Virus record (IMG/VR): IMGVR_UViG_3300021373_000005
Origin: a virus
Strand: one strand, 5' to 3'
DNA length: 64,000 nt
Under the pieces are notes generated by a model. That model did not search any database. It worked only from the letters and a program-made list of their open reading frames with translations, and was not told the origin of the DNA. Within the stretch, counting starts at the first letter, position 1; every line of letters starts with the position of its first letter. Made by a program: the position numbers and the translations under genes. Positions 9,437 through 18,152 of this stretch are shown here, one piece after another.

Positions 9437-9523
9437 TGGTACCGCGAGTCGGACTTGAACCGACAAGGCCGTTAAGCCGAGGGATTTTAAGTCCCTTGTG
9501 TTTACCAATTTCACCACCGCGGC
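9437..9523 (-). tRNA. trnL: tRNA-Leu (TAA)
   Basis: GCCGCGG acceptor stem, anticodon arm AGGGA-CT-TAA-AA-TCCCT, long variable arm, GTTCAAGT T-loop, CCA end. Confidence 0.97.
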
Positions 9524-9580
9524 AAAAAGCTAAAGAAAAGCCTATCAGACGACAGGCTCTTCAGATTTGGTCAGAACGAC

Positions 9581-9856
9581 CTATGATGCGTTAAGCATGG
9601 TGGCTGGGACTCTCCAAGTACCTTGAGGAGTCGAAACCTTAATGTTCTTTTGCATTACTTTTTCAACAACTCCGGAGATTTTTTCTCCTGACCTATTTAC
9701 GAAGAATACGGAATCTCCAGTTGAGAAGTTTCCTGTTGCCATTTGAGCAACGTTAGTTTGATGTTGCTTGAACAAAGAAGCAACCATTTTAAAATCACCA
9801 CCTTCCATCTTAGAGAACAAAGTGTTGATTTGCGAGATTTCAGTTTTAGTTAACAT
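9581..9856 (-). CDS. Hypothetical protein with SH3/KOW-like C-terminus
   Basis: FSTGDSVFF...ISGVVEKVMQKNIKV...TWRVPATML beta-barrel pattern. Confidence 0.6.
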   Translation of the reverse strand: MLTKTEISQINTLFSKMEGGDFKMVASLFKQHQTNVAQMATGNFSTGDSVFFVNRSGEKISGVVEKVMQKNIKVSTPQGTWRVPATMLNAS

Positions 9857-9887
9857 AATATATTTCCTTTTTCCAATTTATAGAACT

Positions 9888-9916
9888 ATTATACTATAGT
9901 TTCTTTATGATGTCAA
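9888..9916 (-). promoter_or_regulatory. Sigma70-like early promoter
   Basis: TTGACA-17-TATAAT. Confidence 0.85.
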
Positions 9917-9924
9917 TAGTTTTT

Positions 9925-10116
9925 TTAAGAAATTTCATTTTCTTGAGAATAACGAATTTCAGCCAAATCAACTTTAAGCTCAGAAATCATTGCCAAAGTT
10001 TCAGGAGGGAAATAATCCTTCCCAAGGTGGCTGTTAAGAGATAACATTGCTGTTTCAGCTTCTTGTAAAGCTATTACCTTTCGGTCGATGTTTTGAACGT
10101 TTTCCATATTTTCCAT
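9925..10116 (-). CDS. Hypothetical protein
   Basis: 63-aa helical ORF downstream of promoter 10141-10169. Confidence 0.6.
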   Translation of the reverse strand: MENMENVQNIDRKVIALQEAETAMLSLNSHLGKDYFPPETLAMISELKVDLAEIRYSQENEIS

Positions 10117-10140
10117 CTCTGTTTCAATTATTGAATGTAT

Positions 10141-10169
10141 ATTATGGCAGGTTTATCTTGAAATGTCAA
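10141..10169 (-). promoter_or_regulatory. Sigma70-like early promoter (variant -10)
   Basis: TTGACA-17-CATAAT. Confidence 0.7.
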
Positions 10170-10205
10170 CAACTTTTTTCAGTTATTTTTAGAACTTTTT
10201 GTTAT

Positions 10206-10258
10206 ATCATTTGTGATTATTATTCACTCTAAAATGTCCTCTAGTAATCACAAATGAT
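10206..10258. repeat. Perfect 14-bp inverted repeat in the divergent intergenic region
   Basis: ATCATTTGTGATTA (10206-10219) / TAATCACAAATGAT (10245-10258). Confidence 0.85.
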
Positions 10259-10345
10259 CATAGTATATTGTATCATATGCCAGAGTTTGGGCCTTTAGAA
10301 GTGCCAATTTAAGCTTTATGGTTTCGTATTGGTATGTTCATTGTG

Positions 10346-10353
10346 TATAAATA
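10346..10353 (+). promoter_or_regulatory. T4-type late promoter heading the curli/cyclase cassette
   Basis: Exact TATAAATA 5 nt before ATG 10359. Confidence 0.75.
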
Positions 10354-10358
10354 ACGGT

Positions 10359-10655
10359 ATGGAAGAAATATTTCAACTAATATCTGACGTTGGTTTACCT
10401 ATTGCTGGCGCTCTTACAATGGGATTTTTTATATTCATTATTATTAAGCAAATCTTTGAAGGAATTATTGATAACATTGGTACACTAACAATGTTTGCCG
10501 AATCATTAGAGAACCGAGCAAGAACAATGTCAAATGAAATGGTCAAGATTGACCTTCTTGTTTCGAGTGCCTTAGGGTTAAACCCGGATATTGAAAGAGT
10601 GGCTCGTGCTGAAAATTTTGTTGAAGACGGAAAAGTTGACGTAAGAAGAGATTAA
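10359..10655 (+). CDS. Small membrane protein (N-terminal TM + coiled coil)
   Basis: ISDVGLPIAGALTMGFFIFIIIK; first ATG in frame at 10359; similar architecture to the next ORF. Confidence 0.75.
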   Translation: MEEIFQLISDVGLPIAGALTMGFFIFIIIKQIFEGIIDNIGTLTMFAESLENRARTMSNEMVKIDLLVSSALGLNPDIERVARAENFVEDGKVDVRRD

Positions 10656-10659
10656 AATA

Positions 10660-10932
10660 ATGGACATTGCGAATTTAGTTAATGAGTACGGCTTTCCTGC
10701 TGTGATGGTGGTAGGACTTGGGTACTTTGTATATTTTGTTTGGAGGTTTGTAAACGACAAGCTTCAGCCGGAAATTGATAAGCAACACATGGCTTTGATT
10801 AGGTTGATTGATAGAATGAGAATGCTTGACCAGGATCTTATAAGATTACAACAAAAGGTTGATGTTGTTCTCAAGTATAAAGAAATAGAAGAATTGAAGA
10901 AAAAAGGTGATAAAGATGGACAACAAGACTGA
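10660..10932 (+). CDS. Small membrane protein (N-terminal TM + coiled coil)
   Basis: VNEYGFPAVMVVGLGYFVYFVW then helical RMLDQDLIRLQQKV. Confidence 0.75.
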   Translation: MDIANLVNEYGFPAVMVVGLGYFVYFVWRFVNDKLQPEIDKQHMALIRLIDRMRMLDQDLIRLQQKVDVVLKYKEIEELKKKGDKDGQQD

Positions 10933-11434
10933 TAAAGGTTTATTGTACTTAGGATGGTTTATTGTAATAATGTATCTGTTTTTAGCAGCAGGTAAAGCAT
11001 ACGGAGAACCTATCGTACACAAATTTAAAAATCCAAGTTTCAGCGGTGTTGGAACTGGTGCTCATTATCTCACTATCGAGAATCAAGAACATTCACGTAA
11101 GAAAGCAATCAAAGATGCTCTTGAAGCTGCAGAAAGAGCTGCACAAAGAGAATTAGATAATTCTACTCTATCAAAGTTTATTCGTAACTTGGAAAGTAGA
11201 ATTTATGCTCAGTTAGCAAAACAGTTAGTAGACAATATGTTCTCTAACGATGATGCAGTAAGATTTGGATCTTTTACATTGGAAGGTTCAGTCGTAACAT
11301 ATGAAGTCATTACAAATGCAGACGGTACAGAATTTATTAAGATGACAATCGTTGATGAGAATGGAACAACAACAGTAATTGAAATCCCAGTAGGTACAGG
11401 AAACTTTGGAAGTGAGAATCCAGATGGCGGCTAA
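10916..11434 (+). CDS. csgF: Curli assembly factor CsgF-like protein
   Basis: Signal peptide, then IVHKFKNPSFSG, LSKFIRNLESRIYAQLAKQLVDNMF, G-F-L-G-VTY; immediately upstream of csgG. Confidence 0.8.
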   Translation: MDNKTDKGLLYLGWFIVIMYLFLAAGKAYGEPIVHKFKNPSFSGVGTGAHYLTIENQEHSRKKAIKDALEAAERAAQRELDNSTLSKFIRNLESRIYAQLAKQLVDNMFSNDDAVRFGSFTLEGSVVTYEVITNADGTEFIKMTIVDENGTTTVIEIPVGTGNFGSENPDGG

Positions 11435-12386
11435 ATTATTATCTGCATTTCTGTCAACATTAATTTTAGCAAGTTGTGCACAAATGCCACAATGGTCGGA
11501 AGGACCTGCGAATTGTGAATACGGACAAGGAAGATTTGCACAAGGATTTAATACCGATTTTGATAATGATGGTATTATAAATGATGATGCTTTAAGTTTT
11601 GGAAAACAACTATATACCGGTACTCGTAAGTATATTGAAACAAAACAGATTTGTATAGAACAACCTGAGGTTGTAAAGTTACCTGCATATATTGATTTAC
11701 TGAATTTACCACCTGCAGAAAATATGCCTGTGGTTGCTGTTTACAATTTTATAGATAAAACAGGTCAAAGAAAGGATTCAGTTACAGGACAAAGTTTCTC
11801 CACTGCGGTAACACAAGGTGGAACAGAATTATTAATAGACGCTCTGAAAACGGCAGGTGGTGGAACCTGGTTCAGAGTTGTAGAAAGACAAGGGATTGAT
11901 GCTCTTGTTAGAGAAAGACAGATTATTCGTTCAGGCCGTGATGAAGCGGCAAAGAAACTGGGCGAAGAACCAAAAGGTGTCGGACCATTATTATTCGCAG
12001 GAATGATAATTGAAGGAGGCATCATTGGTTATGATAGTAATGTAAAAACCGGAGGCCGCGGAGCTAGAACTTTAGGTATTAGCTTTAGCCGTCAGTATCG
12101 TCAAGATGTAGTCACAGTATCTGTGCGTGCAGTTTCGGTTCTTACAGGTGAGATATTATTAAATGTCCAAGCAAAGAAATCAATACTGAGTTACGGCTCA
12201 GGAGGAGACGTCTTCCGCTTTATAGAGCAAGGAACTCAATTGATTGAATACGAGGACGGACTTGGAAATAATGAGAGTGTGACATATGCGGTACGAACAG
12301 CAATTGAAGCTGCCGTGCTAGAGATGGTATACCAGGGCGACCAACGTGGCTTCTGGACTATTAACAATAAAATAGAGGAAGAATAA
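11424..12386 (+). CDS. csgG: Curli secretion channel CsgG-like lipoprotein
   Basis: Lipobox ILASC; PVVAVYNFIDKTGQRK, FSTAVTQGG, WFRVVERQGIDALVRERQIIRS, IIEGGIIGYDSN, NESVTYAVRTAIEAAV. Confidence 0.93.
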   Translation: MAAKLLSAFLSTLILASCAQMPQWSEGPANCEYGQGRFAQGFNTDFDNDGIINDDALSFGKQLYTGTRKYIETKQICIEQPEVVKLPAYIDLLNLPPAENMPVVAVYNFIDKTGQRKDSVTGQSFSTAVTQGGTELLIDALKTAGGGTWFRVVERQGIDALVRERQIIRSGRDEAAKKLGEEPKGVGPLLFAGMIIEGGIIGYDSNVKTGGRGARTLGISFSRQYRQDVVTVSVRAVSVLTGEILLNVQAKKSILSYGSGGDVFRFIEQGTQLIEYEDGLGNNESVTYAVRTAIEAAVLEMVYQGDQRGFWTINNKIEEE

Positions 12387-13120
12387 TGAAAAAAATATTA
12401 GGCCTATCTTTATTATGTTTATTCTCTTTCAATAGTTTAGTGTTTGCGCAAGCAACTGATGACAATGAAATCAACATCGAACAGGATGGTGATACTCTTA
12501 CTTTGTATATTGACCAATATGGTTATGGTAACAAAATAGGATTGGATAATTTCAGTTCAAGCTCAAGTGCTATGCCTATTACTGGTTCATCGTTAACATT
12601 TAACATTGACCAAATAGGAAATGAAAACTTGTTCTTTGGTACTTATGTCGGTGACAGTACAACTGTTAACGCTTTATTTACTGGAGATTCTAACTCTTGG
12701 GATTGGAACGTAGGTTATATTGGTTCATCTGATACTTCAACAATTGATGTTGATATTACTGGTGATTCAAATACTATGGACTTTGACCAAGGTTATAACG
12801 CAAGTGCTGAAAGATTAGATCTTGACTTAACAGTTATTGGAGACAGTAACATTTTTGATGTTGACATTGATGTCGACGACGCAATATGGAATATGGATAT
12901 TACTGGTGGAAGTAATAATATTAATACATTACAGAAGGACGGTGCTGAGCATGAAATTAACTTGACTCACGTTGGTTCATCTGCTGATATTGATATTAAC
13001 CAAATCAGTGGTACTTGTCCTACAGGTGTTTCTACTTGTAATGGAATAATTACTTTGGACATAGATTCTGAAAATGCGACAATTCAAATTAATCAGAAAG
13101 ACAGTTCAAACGACTCTTAA
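12386..13120 (+). CDS. Secreted curlin-like repeat (beta-solenoid) protein
   Basis: Signal peptide; NEINIEQDG, DQYGYGNKI and repeated I/T-x-G-D/G-S-N-x-x-D-x-D units at ~23-26 aa spacing. Confidence 0.7.
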   Translation: MKKILGLSLLCLFSFNSLVFAQATDDNEINIEQDGDTLTLYIDQYGYGNKIGLDNFSSSSSAMPITGSSLTFNIDQIGNENLFFGTYVGDSTTVNALFTGDSNSWDWNVGYIGSSDTSTIDVDITGDSNTMDFDQGYNASAERLDLDLTVIGDSNIFDVDIDVDDAIWNMDITGGSNNINTLQKDGAEHEINLTHVGSSADIDINQISGTCPTGVSTCNGIITLDIDSENATIQINQKDSSNDS

Positions 13121-14243
13121 TTTAATTCTGTGTTCGACACTGCTACTTACTTCGGGAGTGGCATTGTCGAGCTCGGATCCTATTGGAGCAATCGTTGAAC
13201 ATAAAGGTTCAGCTTCTTTAATTAGAGAAGCAGGTGAAGAGCTTGTTGTTTCTGGTGCATTTGTTCCAGAAGTTGAAATGAACGACACGGCCGAAACTGA
13301 GAATGGCCGAATGCTTATTCAGTTCCTTGATAAAGCAGAACTCAGTTTAACAGAAAACACAAAGGTATACATAGACAAAGTATACTACGACCCAGATCCA
13401 AGTAAATCAAAAATGACAATGCGTATGGCATTAGGCACAGCTCGATTTGCGTCTGGTCGTTTAGGAATGGTCAATAAGAATAACATTGACATTTCAACAC
13501 CCACGGCAACGGTATCAGTTCGTGGAACAGATTTCACAACAACCATTGATGAGTTAGGAAGATCACTTGTAATACTTTTGCCTGACCAATATGGTAATCC
13601 TTCAGGTATTATTGACGTAACAAACAACGGTGGGACAATAAGATTAGAGGAAGCCTACGCTGCCACAATGGTAAGTAGTCTCGATACTCCACCTACAAGA
13701 CAAATCACAATGCAAGGTATTACACCTTCTATGATTGATAATATGTTTATTGTATCACCACCTCCTGAAGTAAAGGAAGCTATTGAGGAGGAAATACAAG
13801 ATGATGCAAACCAAGACCAAGGATTACTTGATATAGATTTCTTAGAGTTTGATGGATTGGATATTGATTATCTTGAAGATGATGCATTAGAATTTTCAGA
13901 GCTTGACATTGATTATCTTGATGTTGATTTTTTAACAGACTTATTGGATGTAGTTGAAGAACTTGTAAAGACAACCGTTAAACTTGACGATAGTGCAATC
14001 GCAGGTTCTTCATTAGGGGCAGAGTTGCGTGGAGCAACTTTTGGATTAAATGCAGATTCACAATATAACATTTTTGAACAAAGTGGAAGGATTGTATTTT
14101 ATAGAGATGTAAATGGTGTTATTAATATTTCTTTAGCATCTGATGCATCCGTAAAGATTGACACTTCAGTTGACGGATACGAAGGAATTATTGACCTCAA
14201 CCAAGGACAAAATTCTATTATTATAATTAGACAAGGAGGATAA
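13074..14243 (+). CDS. FecR-domain periplasmic protein
   Basis: Signal peptide; D-x-x-ETENGRMLIQFLDKAELSLTENTKVYID, TPTATVSVRGTDF; highly acidic linker aa ~235-290. Confidence 0.8.
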   Translation: MRQFKLIRKTVQTTLNLILCSTLLLTSGVALSSSDPIGAIVEHKGSASLIREAGEELVVSGAFVPEVEMNDTAETENGRMLIQFLDKAELSLTENTKVYIDKVYYDPDPSKSKMTMRMALGTARFASGRLGMVNKNNIDISTPTATVSVRGTDFTTTIDELGRSLVILLPDQYGNPSGIIDVTNNGGTIRLEEAYAATMVSSLDTPPTRQITMQGITPSMIDNMFIVSPPPEVKEAIEEEIQDDANQDQGLLDIDFLEFDGLDIDYLEDDALEFSELDIDYLDVDFLTDLLDVVEELVKTTVKLDDSAIAGSSLGAELRGATFGLNADSQYNIFEQSGRIVFYRDVNGVINISLASDASVKIDTSVDGYEGIIDLNQGQNSIIIIRQGG

Positions 14244-14251
14244 ATAATATT

Positions 14252-15037
14252 ATGAAAGACGAAAATGAAAAAAGAGCGTGGGAGATGTTTCGTAAATCAA
14301 TCGGCCCACACATTTGGACTAGTAATGATTTATTCGTATTCTTTGGCGCAGGATTGTTATTTGGTATTCTAATGACCTTGCCATTAGTTGCTTTAGCAGA
14401 TAATGTAATAACAATAGAACAAACTGGTGATAATTTAAATTTAGAGATTCAGCAATACGGTGCTGATAACGAAATTAAAATGTTGGACCAATATTCGTAT
14501 ATTAATGCATCGTCACTTGATTTATTAGTTGTTCAATATAATACCACAGGTCTTGATAACACAATAGTATTTGATGAAATCAGTGGAACAGGTAATGAAA
14601 TTAAATTAGGTCAAGGTGTTGCTTTTGATAACACCACACAAGGTTGGAACTATGATGGTGCCGAAGGCGGTGGTCATTATATGGAAATAGATTTATATGG
14701 TAATGATAACTTTGTTGAATGGCATCAAACAAATCAAAGTGATGCAACTGACGGACATGATTTTAACTTACATGTTGCTGGGTCCGATAATTGGATAGAT
14801 GGAAGACAACAATCTTCAGGTGCAAAAGAAGCAAACATTACACTTTACAATTCAGACAATACTTTAACATTCAGACAAAAAGGTGCCAACGCAAACCATA
14901 CAGCAAATATTACTTTAGACGGTATTTACGGAACGGATGCGCTTATCAGACAAAATAGCACAACCAATCAAACATATAACTTATCAGTGGATTGTTATAC
15001 AGTTGGTGGTTGCTCAGTAAGTGTGTTACAAGAATAA
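14252..15037 (+). CDS. Second secreted curlin-like repeat protein
   Basis: Hydrophobic signal region ending LVALA; NVITIEQTGDN, QQYGADNEI, LYGNDNFVEWHQ, AGSDNWIDGRQ repeats. Confidence 0.7.
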   Translation: MKDENEKRAWEMFRKSIGPHIWTSNDLFVFFGAGLLFGILMTLPLVALADNVITIEQTGDNLNLEIQQYGADNEIKMLDQYSYINASSLDLLVVQYNTTGLDNTIVFDEISGTGNEIKLGQGVAFDNTTQGWNYDGAEGGGHYMEIDLYGNDNFVEWHQTNQSDATDGHDFNLHVAGSDNWIDGRQQSSGAKEANITLYNSDNTLTFRQKGANANHTANITLDGIYGTDALIRQNSTTNQTYNLSVDCYTVGGCSVSVLQE

Positions 15038-15345
15038 TGGAATTAGATATTTACGGAAACCCAGTAGGAACAGTATATCGAGAAGATGTATGTCCGCCTG
15101 AATTAGTTTGTGTTCCAAGAGAAACTTTAGATGAAATGTTATACGGTGTCGATATGGAATATGTCGAAGAAACTGGAACAATCCAACCAATGGGTGACGC
15201 CGAAGCAATTATTGATTTCACAACAGATTTATTATTTTTAGATATTTGGACTATCTTAAACATGGCAGTCCCTCTTACTATATTTGCTGTTTATGGTTTG
15301 ACATTATATGCAGCAGTAAAGTATATTCAAAAGAAGTTTAGTTAA
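15037..15345 (+). CDS. Small protein with C-terminal TM helix
   Basis: TAATG coupling at 15035-15039; hydrophobic C-terminus. Confidence 0.65.
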   Translation: MELDIYGNPVGTVYREDVCPPELVCVPRETLDEMLYGVDMEYVEETGTIQPMGDAEAIIDFTTDLLFLDIWTILNMAVPLTIFAVYGLTLYAAVKYIQKKFS

Positions 15346-17385
15346 ATGAAAATATTAACCAAGTGGTGGACAGTCCTTTTGACCATCACAGGATTTGCCT
15401 GCCTACATATAGCAAATCCAGATTTTATACAGAGCATAGAGTATTCTTATTATGACTCCTTACAGCAAGCGAAAGAAGTTGAAGCAATTGAAGACATTGT
15501 CCTCGTCAACATCGATGAAACAGCAATCGCTGCCGAAGGTCAGTATCCGTGGCCTCGTGGTTCTGTTGCTGATTATATACGGAACGGTCCTGACGATAGC
15601 TTATATGTCCTTAATGTAATATACTCTGAAGAAGACAGATTCAAAGAAGATCATCTACTCGCGGAAGCAATGGCTGAAAAGGCGGTTGTTCTTGCGTCCG
15701 CTCCTTCACAACAAAAATCAGGTGGAGTCGGTACCTTTGTAGGTGTTGCCACCTTTGGAGAACAAAATGAAAATTGGTTATACGAATTTCCTGGACTATT
15801 GTACCCTGTGGAATCTCTTTCTTCTTGGGCTTTTGGTGTTGGCGCCACTGTTGCTGTTCCTGACGCACCAACCGGAGTCGTGCGTAGAGCACCACTCGTG
15901 GTCAAAGCAGCCGGGAATGCCTACCCATCTCTCGCACTCGATACATTACGAGTGTACACCGGTGAACCAAGTTACCAAATGAAAGTAGGCTCCAATGGAG
16001 TCGAATGGATTCGTATGGGTCGTCAAGATCCTATCACAACAAATAGTTTCGCTGAATTACCTATTGCTTTTTGGAATCAATTTGAAACACAATCTATAAC
16101 AGAACCACTACCAAGTGGAAAGGTATTAATATTTGGTGTAACTGCAGAAGGTGTTTCTAATCCAGTTTCAACCCCAACGGGTGCAATGTATCCCCACGAA
16201 GTTCAAGCTCACCTAATTCAGACCGTCCTTTCAGGAGTTGAAATACAGATTCCCGACTGGAAGCCAATAGCCGAGCTCGGTCTTCTGGTCTTACTGAGTC
16301 TAGGTATCCTTGGAGCGGTCTATATCTTGCCCACAACTCTTGCGGTGATAATGAGTTTAATTCTGATTGGCGCCTCTTATGCATTAAGCCGTTATCTGTG
16401 GAATGATTTAATCTTTTTAGATGCGACCTTAAGTTCATTTGCTTCCTTAGTAGTTTTTGCTCAATCAAGTTTCAACAAATACTATTTAACATTTTTAGAA
16501 AAGCGCGCAATAATGAAACAATTTGCTGGTTATTGTTCGCCTGAAGTGGTTACTATTTTACAACAAAATCCTTCACTTGTCAAGGATGGAATGAAAAAAG
16601 ATGTAAGTATTGTCTTTTCGGATCTTCGAGGATTTACTCCTTTGGGTGAAAGCTTTGGAGATGACGTTAAAGGACTGACTACATTGATGAATGGTTATAT
16701 GGATGCTATTACACAACCTGTTCTAGATGCAAATGGAATGATTATCAAATACATTGGTGACGCAAGTATGCATATACATAATGCTCCGATGGAAGATGAT
16801 GACCACGCAAAGACGGCAGTAATGACAGGTATTAATATGTTACGAGCAGTGGATAAATTTAATGATAAGATTACAAAAGAGGGAAGACCTCCGATTGGTA
16901 TGGGGGCTGGTATTAATAGTGGTTTGGGTTATGTTGGTGAGATGGGTTCTACAAGTCGACATAGTTATGACATCCTTGGAGATGCTGTTTCAACGGCTGC
17001 ACGAATTGAGTCTAAATGTAAAGAATACGGATGTTTACTTTTATTAGGAGAAGAAACAGTTAGGAGATGTAATCCTGAAGAATTCCTTTTCTTAAAAGTA
17101 GATGATCTTGCGGTCAAAGGTAAATCAGTTGGTGTTGGAATATATACAGTTCTAGATTTACAAAAAGATAAATACAATAAACCAGCAGAGATGCACAAAG
17201 CAATGCATTCAAATTATCAAAAGCAAAACTTTGATAAGGCGATAAAAATATGTAATGACCTCATGGATTGCTTTGAAGGACAAATGCAAGGTTATTATAA
17301 AATGTGGATTGAGCGTTGTGAGTATATGAAAACGCAAGATCTTCCGAAGGACTGGAATGGAGTTTTCATCGCGACCACTAAGTAG
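15346..17385 (+). CDS. CHASE2-domain class III adenylate cyclase
   Basis: N-terminal TM, CHASE2 (IVLVNIDE...GQYPWPR), 3 TM helices, cyclase motifs FSDLRGFT, KYIGDA, GAGINSG, YDILGDAVSTAARIES, C-terminal WNGVFIATTK. Confidence 0.92.
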   Translation: MKILTKWWTVLLTITGFACLHIANPDFIQSIEYSYYDSLQQAKEVEAIEDIVLVNIDETAIAAEGQYPWPRGSVADYIRNGPDDSLYVLNVIYSEEDRFKEDHLLAEAMAEKAVVLASAPSQQKSGGVGTFVGVATFGEQNENWLYEFPGLLYPVESLSSWAFGVGATVAVPDAPTGVVRRAPLVVKAAGNAYPSLALDTLRVYTGEPSYQMKVGSNGVEWIRMGRQDPITTNSFAELPIAFWNQFETQSITEPLPSGKVLIFGVTAEGVSNPVSTPTGAMYPHEVQAHLIQTVLSGVEIQIPDWKPIAELGLLVLLSLGILGAVYILPTTLAVIMSLILIGASYALSRYLWNDLIFLDATLSSFASLVVFAQSSFNKYYLTFLEKRAIMKQFAGYCSPEVVTILQQNPSLVKDGMKKDVSIVFSDLRGFTPLGESFGDDVKGLTTLMNGYMDAITQPVLDANGMIIKYIGDASMHIHNAPMEDDDHAKTAVMTGINMLRAVDKFNDKITKEGRPPIGMGAGINSGLGYVGEMGSTSRHSYDILGDAVSTAARIESKCKEYGCLLLLGEETVRRCNPEEFLFLKVDDLAVKGKSVGVGIYTVLDLQKDKYNKPAEMHKAMHSNYQKQNFDKAIKICNDLMDCFEGQMQGYYKMWIERCEYMKTQDLPKDWNGVFIATTK

Positions 17386-17986
17386 TTTATTACTAGGATT
17401 TCTTTTATTAGCAGTCCCGGTCTCAGCCTTTGTTCCAAAGGACCCATTTATTTCTGAAATCTCAGAAGCACGAAAAGAACTTATCAAAATGGGGCATGCA
17501 GCTCCTTACAATCAATTAACAGTTAAGAGAGTCGTAGTTGGTAAAGCAAGAGTAATGCCAAATGGTGCTATTGTTAATCTACCACACGGTCCTGATATGG
17601 TTCCCTCTTTTTACGCCTTACAACACGACCCAAAATGGCAAGTAAAAGAAGAACATAAATACTCAATAGACCACTGGACCGAAAATGAAAAACAAATCAT
17701 AGATATACTTTTTTGGTCTGCTCAAGTACTTGATGTCTATTCAACTTATCGTGGATTAAAATATGATTGTATAACCGAAGCAAATCCATTACTACCAGAA
17801 GTACCTGAGATACATGAAATGGTAGGAATAAAACTTTTTGTTATTGGTGGACTTGGCGCTTTGTCATCTGGTGATGAAAATTTTTGGTATGGATGGAAAC
17901 TTGGCGCAGGTTTAACAACAACTGCAGTTACATTAAATAACTTTAGGCTTTTAAGAAAAGCTGAAGGTCGTTGTAATAGACGTTAA
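17357..17986 (+). CDS. Membrane protein (DUF5658-like)
   Basis: Signal peptide; LDVYSTYRGL...EANPLL motif and C-terminal hydrophobic helices. Confidence 0.55.
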   Translation: MEFSSRPLSSLLLGFLLLAVPVSAFVPKDPFISEISEARKELIKMGHAAPYNQLTVKRVVVGKARVMPNGAIVNLPHGPDMVPSFYALQHDPKWQVKEEHKYSIDHWTENEKQIIDILFWSAQVLDVYSTYRGLKYDCITEANPLLPEVPEIHEMVGIKLFVIGGLGALSSGDENFWYGWKLGAGLTTTAVTLNNFRLLRKAEGRCNRR

Positions 17987-17987
17987 G

Positions 17988-18013
17988 AAAAGGACCCATT
18001 ACTGAGTCCTTTT
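17988..18013. terminator. Bidirectional intrinsic terminator at convergent junction
   Basis: AAAAGGACCCA-TTAC-TGAGTCCTTTT; on minus strand the stem has a G-U pair and a GTAA (GNRA) loop; A/T tracts on both sides. Confidence 0.85.
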
Positions 18014-18025
18014 AGTTTTGTTGTC

Positions 18026-18139
18026 TTAACCGAGTTGAGAGATGCTGTAAACCATTACGCCCATAAAGGTCGCAACTAATAAACACTCGACACAAATCTC
18101 ACCATCTAAATTAAGACTAAGTTTTCTTAGCCTATTCAT
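18026..18139 (-). CDS. 37-aa hydrophobic micro-ORF
   Basis: Manually read MNRLRKLSLNLDGEICVECLLVATFMGVMVYSISQLG; AAGGAA SD. Confidence 0.55.
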   Translation of the reverse strand: MNRLRKLSLNLDGEICVECLLVATFMGVMVYSISQLG

Positions 18140-18152
18140 AGTAGTTCCTTTT

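Noticed and set aside
10212-10228. Canonical CRP box (TGTGA...TCAC)
   Set aside because: Spacing is 7 nt rather than 6 and the second half-site is imperfect; kept only as part of the larger inverted-repeat observation
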